Positions 11,574 through 25,400 of a stretch of DNA of 64,000 nucleotides are shown here, one piece after another. Within the stretch, counting starts at the first letter, position 1. Each line of letters starts with the position of its first letter. The stretch is from Leptogorgia sarmentosa (taxonomy: Eukaryota). The notes beneath the pieces were generated by a model, which saw only the letters and a program-made list of their open reading frames with translations, made no database searches and had not been told where the DNA came from. The DNA lies in NCBI GenBank assembly GCA_964658305.1, contig OZ210885.1:19468001-19532000 (forward strand), read 5' to 3'. Position numbers and translations under genes: made by a program.

Positions 11574-14530
11574 TTAGACTGATTATCTCAAATAAACAAG
11601 ATTTTCTTGGAGCACTATCAAACCTGTCAAACGTCAAAACATTTGTGTTAAAATCCTTTTTTTCGGAAAAATGCCTGTGGTTAGAAAATCTACTCGTGTC
11701 AACAAGCGCAAATGGCCATGTGGTACGTGTGGTGTTCAGTGCATTGACAAGTCTGTTCTCTGTGAAGGTTGTGGAGTGTGGTACCATGCAGAATGTGATT
11801 GCCTTTCTCAAGCCGATTTGAACACTTTGAAACGATTGACGGAAGATTATATATGTTCGTCCTGCACGCATGTTTGTGGCAGTTATGACTTCTCGGCAGC
11901 TTTGCATCGCTTAGAGATCGCAGCAAGGCTTGGTATGCTGGAAAGTGCTGTAAAGATGGAGTGCATTCTTTTGCACAATACACCGCTAAGAATACGGACG
12001 CTGAAGAACAGCGTTTTGGGACTTTGCGTCTCGATCTGGTGGCACAAGATATACTGAGAAAAACTGGTGAGTCCCTCCTTATACATTTATATATATATAA
12101 TCGATTCACTGTGCTGCATGTATTAGAGAGTCAATTATCTAAATTTCAAAGTTTTCCCACTATATTTTTACCAGAATATGCCGAAATTTTATCGATTCGG
12201 CCCACGTGGGACGTTGCTTATCTTCATTTTTCTATTTTGTGAATATAGGTGGGATTCCTGGACGTATGGCTGCTGATGGGGATTTCCTTTTCAATGCTAT
12301 TTTAGTTGCCATTGTAGGGAACATTTCCCTGGCTACAGAATTGAGAAAGTGCGTACCTGCATGGAGATGGTGGAATATATAGGGAAGCATAAGCAAAGCA
12401 GATTTGATCTCGTGTCTCCTGAGTACAAGGAAGCGATGTACAAATGCGCTGTGAATGGCAAATTTTCATCTGCGTGGACATTAAGTGCAGCATCAATGAT
12501 GTTGAATACACAAATTGTGTCCGTTTATCCACCAGTTAACGGCCTCATGGACAAACAATTTCCATTTTAAACATCACATTCGCCCCCCAAAAGGAAAGTT
12601 TACGCAGACCGCCACTCGTTGTCATGTGGAGTAGTGTAACACCACCATCTTCGGGAACATGGACCCCAAATCACTTCGTGCCACTACTTTTAAGCGAGAA
12701 GCCAGAAACAATTGACTTGCGATCTCCAAGCAAGAAAACATATGCAGCTGCCACACAAATTCACGAAAAACTTCAACTCCAAAAAAACTGGTGCGAAATC
12801 ATCCTATTGTAATTCCTTTTGCGAAAATAGTTACTCAATAATATATTGGGCTTGAGCTTGAACTGCTTGAGCCAATGTAAGTAGCAGGATTTTTGATGGG
12901 GGGAGGCAAGTTCAATTCAAGAAAGGGCTTGGAATAACTGTGAAAATACTCGCAGCGAGCTTGCAAGTTCATTCTAGCTGTAACTGGCAAATGGAAGAGC
13001 TTTTGGGTATGCTATTTAAGGTTTTGTTCTAACATATATATATTCAAATATATTTATAGAAAACGTCAACACGAGACCTGCCATACAGCAACCTATCAGG
13101 AGACCAATAATTCCTCATCTCCAAACCGCAATTTCAACAATTCCTCATCTTCATCCTCAAACAGCCGGAAATTCAACACCCCCTTACCACCAAACATCAG
13201 CCAGAAGTCCAACACCCCCTCATCCCCAAACCTCAGTCAGATTTCCAACAATTCGTCATCATTATTTTCAAACAGCCAAAAATCCGACAACGCCTCGCCA
13301 TCAAGCCTTAGCGAGAAACACAAAAATTCCCCATGCTTCAACAACCAGAAACCTCATTACTTCTCACGACCATCTTTGGACAAAAAAACTGGTCTCATAT
13401 TAGGAGCCATCCCAATTCCGAGCAGAAAGCTTATGAATCCAGAAGACGTTTGATAAAGAAGTACCGTGAGGTGTAAAAAACAATGTTTTGTTTGTCCTTA
13501 ACAACGAAGAGAATGTATCTCGACAGGCATGTGGCAGACGAGCATTTTACGCTGATGATTGTGGGGCTTGGTCAAGCAACGCATCTTGTAAAACTCACCA
13601 TTATCTTTTGACAGAAAACAACCTGGACTATGTCGACAAGAAAGATGGGCAGTATGTCAAATACAACAAAGGTAAAAGAGTTCTTATTGAACCTCAACCA
13701 GACAATACAAACATTATTGTTTTTAAACGTTATTATATTTCCCTAAGACGTGATGCATCATTTAAGAAGCGTATTTCCACAGTGACACAATGTCCAGGCG
13801 AATTAGAGCACATCAAGAACATCGCTGTCGCAGAGTATGTTGGCGAGTTTCCACCAAACAATATACCTCATGGAAACTGTAAGAACATGATTGGTGATTA
13901 TGTCCGCTCGTCTTGTGCTGTAAAACGAAAGTTAGATGACATGCTTGAAGAAAAAGACGCCCCACGTGCAGTTTATGAAGATATGGTACTTACTAACCCA
14001 GATTGTGCACCTAAAGATTTGAGGCAAGTACAAAACGCCAAGTACACTTTAGGACGGAAAAAGAGAATTGACAACGGACATATGTACAAAAAGAACCTGG
14101 CAGACAAGGTACAAATGTTATTATCTGACATTCATGAACATTCGTTTATACAAGAAGTAATACAGACGAAAGGTAAACCACCGTGTGTTGTACTTTATCT
14201 CGAAGATAATTTAAAAGATATACGGCAGTTTTGCATGTCTAGTTCTCGCAATCCTAATGTTCTTGGAATAGATTTGCGACGATTCTTGTATATCAGCATA
14301 ATAATCTAATACAAAAAGGGGCAGGTAATCCCCCAATCATGCTTGCTGCATTTTTTCCCCCTTGATGGACTTTGCACGACATACCACAGGTTTTTTTCTC
14401 ATATTCGAAGTAAGTTGGACGTTGACATTGGTGGAACACAGCTGTCTAAAATTGTCATTGGATCTGATGAAGAGGCGGAACTTACTAAAGCCATAAAACA
14501 GTGTTTTCCCTCATCTGCGAGTATACTTTG
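11574..14530 (+). pseudogene. MULE-like transposase gene with N-terminal PHD finger and vertnin-like OTU domain, truncated by a Gypsy LTR
   Basis: PHD WPCGTC..SVLCEGCGVWYHAEC..YICSSC; intron ~12068-12248; ADGDFLFNA...WTPNHFVPLL; DDCGAW, PHGN, VLGID, IGSDEE..KAIKQCFP...ILC. Confidence 0.7.
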
Positions 14531-14648
14531 TGTAATATTATTATGCATGCTACGTCATAATAATTATGCTAATTATTGTACAGTATATAAACACATGTAA
14601 TTAGTGAGTAAGGGGTTGTTTTTCAAATACATAGAACATAACATAACA
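14531..14648 (+). repeat. 5' LTR of the Gypsy element
   Basis: TGTAAT...ATAACA followed by TGGTGTCAG (tRNA-Leu-type PBS) and the gag ATG at 14683. Confidence 0.75.
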
Positions 14649-14682
14649 TGGTGTCAGGTGTGGCCAATTTCTCAGCTACGAG

Positions 14683-15104
14683 ATGAACGAGATACGAGGG
14701 CCAGGCAAGCTCAATTTTGAATCTACCAATTTGTCCGAAGCTTGGGCGAAATGGAAAAGAAGTATGCAGTACTACCTAGTTGCAACGTGCAAGGACAGAA
14801 GCGAAGAGGAAAAAGTCACTGTATTCATGTGCACAATAGGCAGACGAGGTCAAGACATCCGAGATACTTTCGAGTTTGATTTGGACAAAGATGGCAAGGA
14901 AATAGTGACGGTGAGAATGCTATTTCAGCATTTCGAGCAGTATTGCAAACCAAGGAAAAATCTAATCGTAGAGCGACATCAATTTTTGACGAGGAATCAA
15001 GAGCAATCTGAAACGATCGACCAATACGTGACAGAACTCAAGAATTTGGCTTCAAGCTGTGAATGGAGCGACATCAAAGAGGATTTAATCTGCAGCAGAA
15101 TCGT
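14683..15104 (+). pseudogene. gag: Gypsy gag N-terminal part
   Basis: WAKWKRSMQYYLVA..YCKPRKNLIVERHQF..RNQEQSETIDQYVTELKNLA. Confidence 0.85.
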
Positions 15105-17815
15105 AAGTAATAATAATCGTAATCAATTTTAAAAAACAAAAACATTGACTATATTTGTATTAAATCTACGAGAATGCATACGAGCGATCCGTAAAGTAGG
15201 TTACGGACCGCTCGGCAACCAATCAGAAAGCTGTATTTAGGTTACGGACCGGGAGTTATGGCCCGGGAAGAAATAAATATATTTATTATTGCAATATTGT
15301 AAGATCTAAACGGGAACAGTTGCGATAAAAACCGTATATACATTACACTGTTCCTGTTTAGGTCTTTTTGCCTAACCGTTTTGTCGGCTTACTTGTATGA
15401 ATCGACTTTAATACGATTGAAGTGATATTAAAATCATCTCTGACAATAGACAATACGTAAATCTTTTCTAATAGCTCTTTATAAGCAGAAAAATATGTAC
15501 ACAAGTGTACATGTTCTGCGCCTATGTAGCTTGGTTACCAGCGGTGATCAAATCTTATTTATTTTCGGTGTTTCGATACACGCATCTTATCTGTCCCTGA
15601 TATGCGATCTTGCATGTATAAAATGGTTTACTGCTAGGTAGAAGGCGAATAGCGCAAATACTTATCCTTTCAAGACGTGAGGTTGTGCGTGGTTAAAACG
15701 TGAGACGTCTTCAATACCTGATATAAGCTTTCATGACTATCTCGCATTCCAGAATTCGCGCGATCATCTTAAATTGCGTAAGGAATTGAAATTGACGACA
15801 TATGATATCGCTTTTCATGTTATTGCGTCTTTAAAATAGAGACAGCGCTTTGCGATAATGCGATTGTCTGTGAAAAATGTGGCTTTCTAAAAACCAAATT
15901 ACCCTTTTCAAAACCATATAATAATGATATATTTATATACAGTTGCCTAGTCGCTATGCGCATGGGTTCAGAACAGAATACTTGAAACTATGTATGATTT
16001 CGTTTGTTTTGTCTCGCGCTTAATAAATGCACAAACCCGTTTTATTACAAGCTACAAAATCTATTTTCCTGGGATTGAATGCTTCAACCATTCTCTATGA
16101 CAAAGCGTCAAAATATAGTAGATATTCCGTGATCACAATGACACCGCGGGCAGTCCAAACATGTATGTACAGTGTGTCAGTGCCGACATGCTAAAGTATC
16201 GTAGGGAAAATATACGCGCAATTGTGTGTTGTGTCAAGACATAAACCTTTTTCATAACCTCAAATATTCGCTGTGTTCAAGGTAATACAATGCATAATTT
16301 GCGTCATGATATTTTTGCTTTGATGATTTAAATTCCATAGCAAACCTCTTTGATATCTTCAAAAGTGTGTGTGAATGTGTGACGTAAACGGGGGAAGACG
16401 AGACCTTCGGCCTTCCACACATGTACGTGTATTTGTGTTTAAGTATAAGAAGATTACAGCATAATAAAGCCATATCATGTCAGATTTCGGTTCTGAATCT
16501 GATATCGAATCATCAAGCGAAGGATCTTCGCATTGTACAGCTTCTGATTCCGAAGTTGGCGATGTCGACGAAGAAATCGAGACGAGCGAAATGCCAACTT
16601 TGGATGGTCGCACAAGACACGGAGTTGACCGAGATAAAATTGAGCCATATGTTGACGAACCAACACCAACTACTGCTTGGTTAGAGGAATACAGAAAACG
16701 CAGGCAGGCTTGGCTAGAGGATATGGAAGTTTACACTGGACGACTACAAAACCGAATAAATCTGCAGGAATGGTAAGCATATTTATTGTAGCCGAATACT
16801 GTATTTACTTTTATCAAAATATCCTATAGGGCAATATTAAATGACAATTTCAATGCTTTATTGTGCACTTTTATTTTTAGGTGTAAATGTGGAAACTGCA
16901 GTCTAGAGCATTTTACAAAACCCATCCTTGTCGAGTTCGTTTAACAAAATTCACCCACCGGCGTCGTCTTTTAACAGCTTCAGGTCGATCATCTCCGTGG
17001 AACGGTATCGTATGCAATGATATACCTTCTGCCGCATTTGCTACCGAATCACAATTGTAAACAACGCATCTTTTAGGCATGTCAACGCTCTTTGTAAAAA
17101 TAAACCAACATGATCGCCTTCTTCTCCATATAGTTTGCATACCACGCGTTAGCTGACGACTTCACCCGTTTACGTCACGCATCGCTTGCCCCAGGCTCCT
17201 TGGGGGTTTGCGACTTTTTGGCCAATATGACCATTAAAATAGCCTCCAAAACCATACAAAACAATTTTTTCACGATGTTTAACTATTTTTTTCAGAATCT
17301 AGACCCTTTAGTCCACATAAAAAGCATAAAAAATCATAAGGTGACAGTTGCCCTTTAAAAATTAACACTTGTCACCGCGGCCATTATATTTTCTTCTTAT
17401 CTGGTTATTCATGCGAAATAAAATCCACGATCAAAGTGATCAAACGCATCACCACTCTTTAGCTCGCACCTATGCCAGCCACCATTTTGTAATATTTAGC
17501 CCGCAAGAACTTGCTTTGCCCTAGTGTTTTCCAGACACACACACAACACGATAGCAATAATATTGACAAACTGTCGTCTTAAATAACAACAGTAACTTTG
17601 TGTTAAAACCTGTGATTATAAAGAATATCCATGCGGCCGTGCCGGCCATTCGTATACTGTAGTTACTGTACGAAACGGGAAGAATTTACAGTTGAGAGAA
17701 GTCCTGCAAATGCAGGTCGAACACCCTAAATTTACTGGTACCGTCATGCAATTTTACCACGTGATAAAATTAAGATCTGCTGCCTTGCTCGCTCGCTTCA
17801 GGCTCGCTCGCTGCG
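15105..17815. mobile_element. Composite non-coding insertion in gag; outer parts resemble a non-autonomous Crypton-like repeat
   Basis: Gag reading stops at ~15104 and resumes ~17816; hairpins at 15303-15364 and 17778-17820; repeated GTTACGGACCG; family call is by resemblance only. Confidence 0.35.
16477..17354. mobile_element. Internally deleted Kolobok-type DNA transposon remnant
   Basis: Minus-strand THAP start MPKRCVVYNC...LHTIP...RRWV (17080-16913) abuts a plus-strand spliced ORF ...QEW/CKCGNC (16477-16772, intron, 16882-16912); end CAGTTGCCCT followed by TTAA at 17355-17358. Confidence 0.6.
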
Positions 17816-19611
17816 GCAGCAACAATTAAAACTATTCGACAAGGATAAAGAAGTCGGAGCAATCAACAAAACACGTAAACCGCGACAGAAATATGAAATG
17901 TCCCAAGAAGCTACCCGAAAGAAGACAGAAAGCCAAGTCAAGATCAAAATGGAAATAAGACCTGGAAGACTTGTACAAATTGTGGAAATAAACATCCAAA
18001 GCAAAAGTGCCCGGCGTTTGGTCGTCAATGTAATAAATGTAAGAAGCTAAATCACTATGCAAAGATGTGTCGCTCGAGCGGAAAATTAAATGCAGTCAAG
18101 ACAAAATATTTAAAACCAGAAGAAACTGGTGATGATTACTTATTTCTCGACTCAATAACAGCCCCCGTAGACGAGACAAAAACAAGCAGTAACAATCAAG
18201 CTGAATATGTAACTTTGTCTGTGAACAATACTGAAGTTAAGATGAAATTGGACACTGGAGCAGAGGTGAATCTTATTCCAATCAAGACCTACAAAACACT
18301 AGCGAGCTCTACGCGAATACCGCTAAGAAAACCAACACTCAATCTCATCGCATATAATGGCAAACCAGTTCCTGTTAAAGCTGTATGCGAACTACAATGC
18401 AAGCATCGAGGAGAAGAGTATGATCTGGAATTTTACATAACTGAGTCACCCAGTGAACCAGTACTCAGCATAGCAGCCTGTAAGAGATTAAACCTCATCA
18501 AGTTTACTCAAGAATTGCAAGTAAAATCGGTAGACAGGGATCCTTTGATGACAGCACAGCAAACTACAGAAGACGAGTTCCAGAAACAGATTCAAGCAGA
18601 ATATTCTGATGTATTCACTGGACTGGGCTGTCTCTCGAGACCATATCATATGGAAATTGATCCCAATGCAGACCCTGTCATTCATCCACCGCGCAAAGTA
18701 CCACACCCTGTGAGAAATCAACTAGCTAAAACCCTAGACGACATGGTCAAACAAGGATTGTTAGAAAAGGTTGATGATCTGTCAGATTGGGTCAACTCAA
18801 AGTGTGGTCCAGAAAAAAGATGGAAGTCTGCGCATCTGCATCGATCCCAAAGATCTAAACAAAGCATTGAAAAGAGAGCATTACCAACTTCCGACAATAG
18901 AAGGAATTGCTGCTCGAATGCCAGGGGCACGGTATTTCTCCACGCTGGACGCAACATCCGGATATTGGCAGATACCCATTGACGAAGAGAGTGCTAAACT
19001 CACTACTTTCAACACACCATTCGGACGTTTCCATTTTACTCGTATGCCATTTGGAATTCGAAGTGCCCAGGAAGTATTTCATAAATATGTGCACCAGATT
19101 TTCGAAGATATTCAGGGAGTAGAGACCGATATTGATGACATTCTCTTATGGGGAAGGAGACTTCAAGAACACGATGAGCGTCTAAGGGCTACGTTGGAAA
19201 GAGCAAGAGAGTGCAATCTAAAGTTCAAGTTAGAGAAGTGCCATTTCAGGTGTACCAATGTTAGTTACATCGGACACAAGTTTCCCCAGAAGGAATCCAA
19301 CCTGATCCGGAAAAAATAGATGCAATCGTGAACATGCCGGAACCAAAGGATAAAAAAGGAATTCAAAGACTTCTCGGAATGGTAAATTATGTGAGCAAAT
19401 TCGTACCGAACGTGTCTGAAATCACTTCACCACTGCGAGAATTACTTAAAAAAGATGTGTCATGGCATTGGTCAGTAACACACGAAAAAAGCGTTCGACA
19501 AGATTAAGACCATCCTTGCAAATCCTGAGCCTGGAGTGTTGACCTATTACGATGTGACGAAACCAGTGAAGCTGCAGGTTGATGCGTCGAAATCTGGGTT
19601 AGGAGCAGTGT
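17816..19611 (+). pseudogene. pol: Gypsy gag C-terminus and pol (protease, RT, partial RNase H) with frameshifts
   Basis: ORFs 18065-18982 and 18771-19319 plus flanking frames; CTNCGNKH..CPAFGRQCNKC..NHYAKMC. Confidence 0.88.
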
Positions 19612-19675
19612 TTACTGTTCGGGTTTCTTGAAAGGGATTAGCTTGCGTCCATGCGTTTGTAACGGAACACATTTA

Positions 19676-20178
19676 TCTCGGATTTACTGTATCTCACGTC
19701 ACTAATCTCATTTCGTATCATTGTATCACGAAAAAATATACCTTGCCCAGGACCTTTCAGCTTGCTCGGATTTACTATATATTACGTCATTATTCTCACT
19801 TGGTATCATCGTATCACAAAAAAATATACCTTGCCCAGGACCTTTGCGAACAATGTTCGGTTAGTACAGAGGCATGTTAGGAGCGTAAGCATCACAGTCG
19901 TCGATAGTATGTCAGTATAAAGGTCCCTTTACCATTTTAGTCAGTGAGCGAGCTGCCTACTAAGTCGTCTTAGTTGACAGGAAAGGTATATCCTTTAGCC
20001 AAGAAAAAATATACCTTGCCCAGGACCTTTCAGCTTGCTCGGATTTACTATATATTACATCATTATTCTCACTTCGTATCATCGTATTACGAAAAAATAT
20101 ACCTTGCCCAGGACCTTTCAGCTTGCTCAGATTTACTATATATTACGTCATTATTCTCACTTCGTATCATTGTATCAT
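19676..20178 (+). repeat. 88-bp tandem repeat interrupted by a ~155-bp unique insert
   Basis: AAAAAATATACCTTGCCCAGGACCTTT starts at 19731, 19819, 20004 and 20092. Confidence 0.9.
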
Positions 20179-20179
20179 A

Positions 20180-20682
20180 ATAACAAGTCATAGTTTCAAA
20201 AGTGCGCACTTCCAGCAAATGAACAACAACTTTCTGAAGCCATCAGTAACTTTATCAACTTCATGAGAGATGGCAATTTCCTGTATCAGGAGTTTGGTAT
20301 TGATCCTTGTCAACCAAACCTGGAGGTTAAAGAAGTTGTTGAAAAAATGAGAATGCTAAAACATTGAATAAGTATCATTGAAGACACAGGATTTTTTGCA
20401 CCTGCCGAACTTCTTCAGAAATTAGAAACATTACCAAAATGCCACAGGGAATTCGCTTCAGTCCTGATAGTTCCACCTGATAAATCCATGCTCATTTTTA
20501 TGAAAAACGGAAACTTATGTTTAATGGACAGTCATGAACATGGTCCACATGGAGCTATTATTGCCACCTCCTCCAATATCTTTAACTTCGTGAAATATTT
20601 ATGTGGAATGGTGAAACGTCATTGGAATGGATCACTAGCAGGGTCAAACTTCCCAGTTATTCAAAGCCAGGTTGAAGAATAA
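20180..20682 (+). pseudogene. Degenerate ORF end with LMDSH motif, probably transposon-borne
   Basis: SVLIVPPDKSMLIF..LCLMDSHEHGPHGAII; broken frames upstream. Confidence 0.3.
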
Positions 20683-22402
20683 ATCAAGAATGTCTGATGC
20701 AGTATTATGAACAAATTTTGTTTCATATATCTTTTTTGCTATGGTCAATTATGAACAATGACAATGAAATTAGATTTCATGATTATAAATAATAAAAGCT
20801 CTAATTATACAAAATGTGAATAGTATAAATGTTAATAATATCATCTGAATGTATGTATGACAGTTCTAAATTGCATCAATTTACAAGGAATGTTTGTTGG
20901 AAAAAAATCAATGATTATAGTTATAAATATAGTTGTTGTAAATATCAACAATGTTATCTGAATGTTTGACAATTTTAAATTGCATTGCAAAGATAATTTG
21001 TTCAAGATTATAATTATATAAAATGTAAATATTATAAATATTAATGATTTTATCTGAATGTTCGACAATGTGTTAACAAAGAAAATTTGTTGAAAAAATA
21101 ATCAATGATTAAATTAATTTTTGTATAGGATGTCAATAGTCATTACAGATCATGTTTGAACCCTGAAATTTCTATGAATGCGAATTTTAATATCAATAAA
21201 CATGATACTAATGTTATCTATGGTAGAAGTAAAGTGTTTTTATCCCTATTTCGTCGTTTTGAGGCTCTTGACAAAATTTTAAAATATTCTATTTTTTCTT
21301 TACCGGTTGCTTCATAATTTCCTGGACAAAAAATACTAATACTCTAACCTATTGAGTACAGAAAAAAAAATGCAAATTCTTGGTTATGCTATATTTTCCT
21401 TACTTCTGTTGCATGTAAAGAATAGCGTAAATGCAAGTTGAAAGCAATCAAAGTAGATCAAGTGTACTTTCACACAGCATTTTAGGAGAAGACAATGTGG
21501 ACAAAATATACACCATGCTTACAAAAATAGAGCGAAATTCGTATCGGTGCGAATTTTCATTGCTAAAATTGCTATAAAATTAAAAAGTATAGGACATGTG
21601 AACACTTTTAAAATCGATTTCGTTTTGAGGCTCTTGACTAGATTTTACACAATTTTGCTTTGAAAACTTTATCAAAACCTACTTATACTCTGAATAGCCA
21701 ATTTTACACGAACAATCATGCTATTATGTTATATCCAACAAGAAATCTAACGACACTTTCTGAGAGCTAACGAATCAAGGAAAATTTAAGCACTTACCCA
21801 TGTTCATACGATCGTGATAAACAAGATTTCTACCGTCATAAACACACGACAATATTAACAGAAGCAGGGGCGGATCCATACCAGTGCGACCGGTGCTAAT
21901 GCACCAGTCAAACGTTCCAAAATGATTGTGCAATATGATGCTATGATTGCACAATTCTCGTTCATATCGGTCACACTTGACATAAAGCGGCTCTAATATC
22001 CTTTATTCACTTTATTACATGATTTACATTGCCTTTATACAAAACAAATATATTATATTTCTTGCTTGATCACACTTCAAAGTTTGAAGCTCTAACGGTT
22101 TTCATGCAGAATATCAAAAATTTACTGAAATCAGTTGAAATGAATGATTACGAATTAATGTCTCAGTCCTAATAATTACCAGGAATAATTTGAATAATTT
22201 GCACTATTTGCGCACTGATCCCGAGTCCTTTTGGCCGTGTTTCGCACCGATCCCGAGTCTCCTGGCACAAACTGGCCGTGAAATGTATTGTTTACATGCT
22301 TTAAAAAAGATGACTGACCGGTGCTCTCGTGCAGATTGCGGGCGAATCGCACTGGCAATAAAAAAGAAATTATCACATCATTGCCCACGCTCTCGAATCA
22401 TC

Positions 22403-25400
22403 ATGGCGGAACGTATGCACATAGAGTACGATCTTTGTTCATTGTTGAGAGAGGGAAAAACTGTCGCGATCGATAGAATAAGAAAGGATTTGGAGGCAAA
22501 ATTTGTCTTGGCAATATCTCAAGCGAAAACATGGGATAATTTTGGAGGTGGAAAGCATGCGCAAGATATGTATGCTGAATTGTTAATCCCGAAGCAGTGG
22601 AACCATGTATTTGGTGCTTTGAAGTACGTACTTTATTTCTTTTCTTTTTCTATGTATATAAAATGGCATATATCTGCTTGATAGTCAGAAGTTGTAAATA
22701 TATAAATATGAAATTAAATTTAATACTAAAGTTAATACTAAATATTATGTTTTTATTAGGAATCACATTGATCCATGTTTTTGTTTATTGGCTGTAGGAC
22801 TAAAGGTGATGTTTATACAGGGCATGTTCCAAGTTACTTTGTGGAAAGGAGGACTTGTGGAATATTTTGCGGGATCTGACAAGCATTGAACTGTACAACA
22901 ACCAGCAGTTTTATGCATTCCATCCTTTCATCAAGGAGAAGGCACATATTTTCCATTGTGAAAATACTGCCTTTTCCTCAGCTGCTTCTGATGGTGCATT
23001 GGCTGATGGCTATGATAGGAAAGATGCTTCTACAAGAACTGTGGTGGTACAGCGAGAAGCATTGAGAAATGCTGTGAGTGGCTGCTTTTCTTCCCTTTTG
23101 TGCATGATGGCACTGACATCTGTGACTGGTATGGAAATGACAACAGTCTACCCAGAAAAGGATTGTAAGTCTTCCAAATTTTTGAATGGTACTATACTTC
23201 CAAGGGCAGCACATGATTCATTTTCAAGCAAATTAGTTCAAGACGTGCAACTTATTATCATGTGGTCAAGGAGTGGCATTACTATACTACCTGGTGTAGA
23301 TACAAATTTTCAACCAAATCATTTTGTTCCATTGGTTAAATTACCAAATACCAGTATTCCAAAAGCAAAACAGCAGAAAATTCCAGGAGGTCAACAGTGA
23401 AAAATAACAGATGTGTTAGTGAGCTGTGTCAAAAGGAATGATACTGATACAGCTGTTTCAAAAGGATGGAAAGGTATAGATTTTAAAAGTCCACTAACAT
23501 TTATTTTTTCTATTTTGTGGTGGCATGAATTTTGGTACCATATGCATTCTCCATCAAAATGATTGGTATTTATTTATACTTCAAGTAATTGTAATATCTG
23601 TTCTTATATATTTCACCGTGTGTAGACACATCAAGTACAAGCAGCAATCCTTCCAAATCTTCCAACAGCAGCAGGCCAGATGTCAAGATATCAGACCATG
23701 GTATGATTATTTTATTTTAAATCTTACATGTAGAATTGTAGACTGTATCTTTACACTTGCTTTGACCAACTGAAAATCATTTCCAAAGGTGTTGTTACTA
23801 CTTGCTAGTGTAGGTTGTAGTGGTAAGTTCTACTAACACCTACATCTGTCTTGATATGATTGTTTGATAATATAGTAGCATTTGGATTTTAATATGCTTC
23901 TTATGGGACAATCATCATTATAGGGCAACTGAAACGTGAGCATGACAAAGGGAAGGAAGAACCCTTGAAAAAATCCAAACGTGATGTTTCTGACGTTGAC
24001 GCTATGGATATTGGTAGATTTGTTAATTTAAAACATGCAATTGATGATGATACTAAATTTAATATTATCAACAATCATTGGCACCCTCCTTCTACTTTTA
24101 ATTTTCCTTATCGCGAGTTCGGAAAGAAAAAAGAATGTTGCAAGTTTTCTCATAGCTGGTTTACTCGCTGGTCTTGGCTATGCTACTCAAAGCTTTTCGA
24201 CGGGGCATTTTGTGTATCCTGTGTGGTATTCGGTAATAAGACTGGGCGTAATGGCACAAAATTATCTAATTTGTTCAAAGAGCCTTTGACTATGTGGAAA
24301 CTGCGGTATCCAAGCTAGAAGAGCACGAAAAGCATTCTTTGATCCATTGTGATTCCATGTTAAGATTGGCACAATTTACTGATGTTATGTCCGGAAAGAT
24401 AAAAGGTATAGACAAGCAGGCAGACCATTTAACAAGTGAACGGATTGCATGCAATAGGAACATTCTTCGAGCAATAGTTGGGAATGTCATTCTTGCTGGT
24501 AGGCAGAATCTTGCATTGAGATGTCACCGTGATGATTCACAGCACTATTCCTCCAGCAACCCTGGTAATTTTCAAGCATTCCTTGACTACAGAATTAAAG
24601 GTGGTGACAAAATTCTGGAAGAACATTTTCAAAAGGGGAAAAAGAATGCCACGTATCCTTCCAAGACGACTCAAAACAATCTGATTAATATCTGTGGTAA
24701 ACAAGTGGAGCAAAAAATTATTTCTGAAATTTCCAACAGCAGTTGTCCCGTTTACTCTGTTCTTGCAGATGAGGCATCTGACTGCGGCAATAACGAGCAG
24801 ATGTCAATTGTCGTCCGGTACGTTGACACTAAGAAGGAGATTTGTTGACTGCCAAGAAGGTATGACGGGTCTTGCATTGACGAAGTACATCGAAGATACC
24901 CTTGACGACGTTGGGCTTCCGCTTCAAAATTGTCGTGATCAAGGCTACGATGGGGCAAGTGCCATGTCAAGCGAAAGAAAAGGTGTTTCTGGGCGTATAT
25001 TGAGGAAGAATCTGAAGGCTTTATGCGTTCATTGTTCCAGTCCTCGCCTAAATCTTGTGGTTGCCAATGCCTGTGAAATCCTTGCAGTTAAGAACATGTT
25101 AGGCCAGGCCAAGAAGATCGCCAGTTTCTTCAGCAGTTCCGTCATCCGTTCACAATATTTGAGTAAGCAAATTCAACAATTCGGTTTAACTTGTGAAAAA
25201 TTGGCAACTCCTTCTATGACTCGCTGGGTAGAACGAATAACATTGCTGGATGGTTTTTTGGAAGCATTTGAAGTCATTTACCAAGCCCTGAGTTACATGC
25301 AGACAGGTGGAAACGGGGAGTTCAAAGATTCAAGCAGTGATGCTCAGACGTATTTTCGTACGATTAAACATTTTGAATTCCTTGTGTCTCTGGTTGTCAC

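Larger units (their letters stand above)
14531..19611 (+). mobile_element. Gypsy (Mag-like) LTR retrotransposon, 3'-truncated in RNase H, gag interrupted at ~15105-17815
   Basis: 5' LTR plus PBS, gag, two CCHC knuckles, protease LDTGA, RT LDATSGYWQ and DIDD, RNase H LQVDASKSGLGAV ending abruptly; no integrase or 3' LTR. Confidence 0.88.

Noticed and set aside
19676..20178. Repeat-spacer-repeat resembling a CRISPR array or retrozyme
   Set aside because: Only one unique insert in a tandem array; no CUGAnGA/GAAA core found
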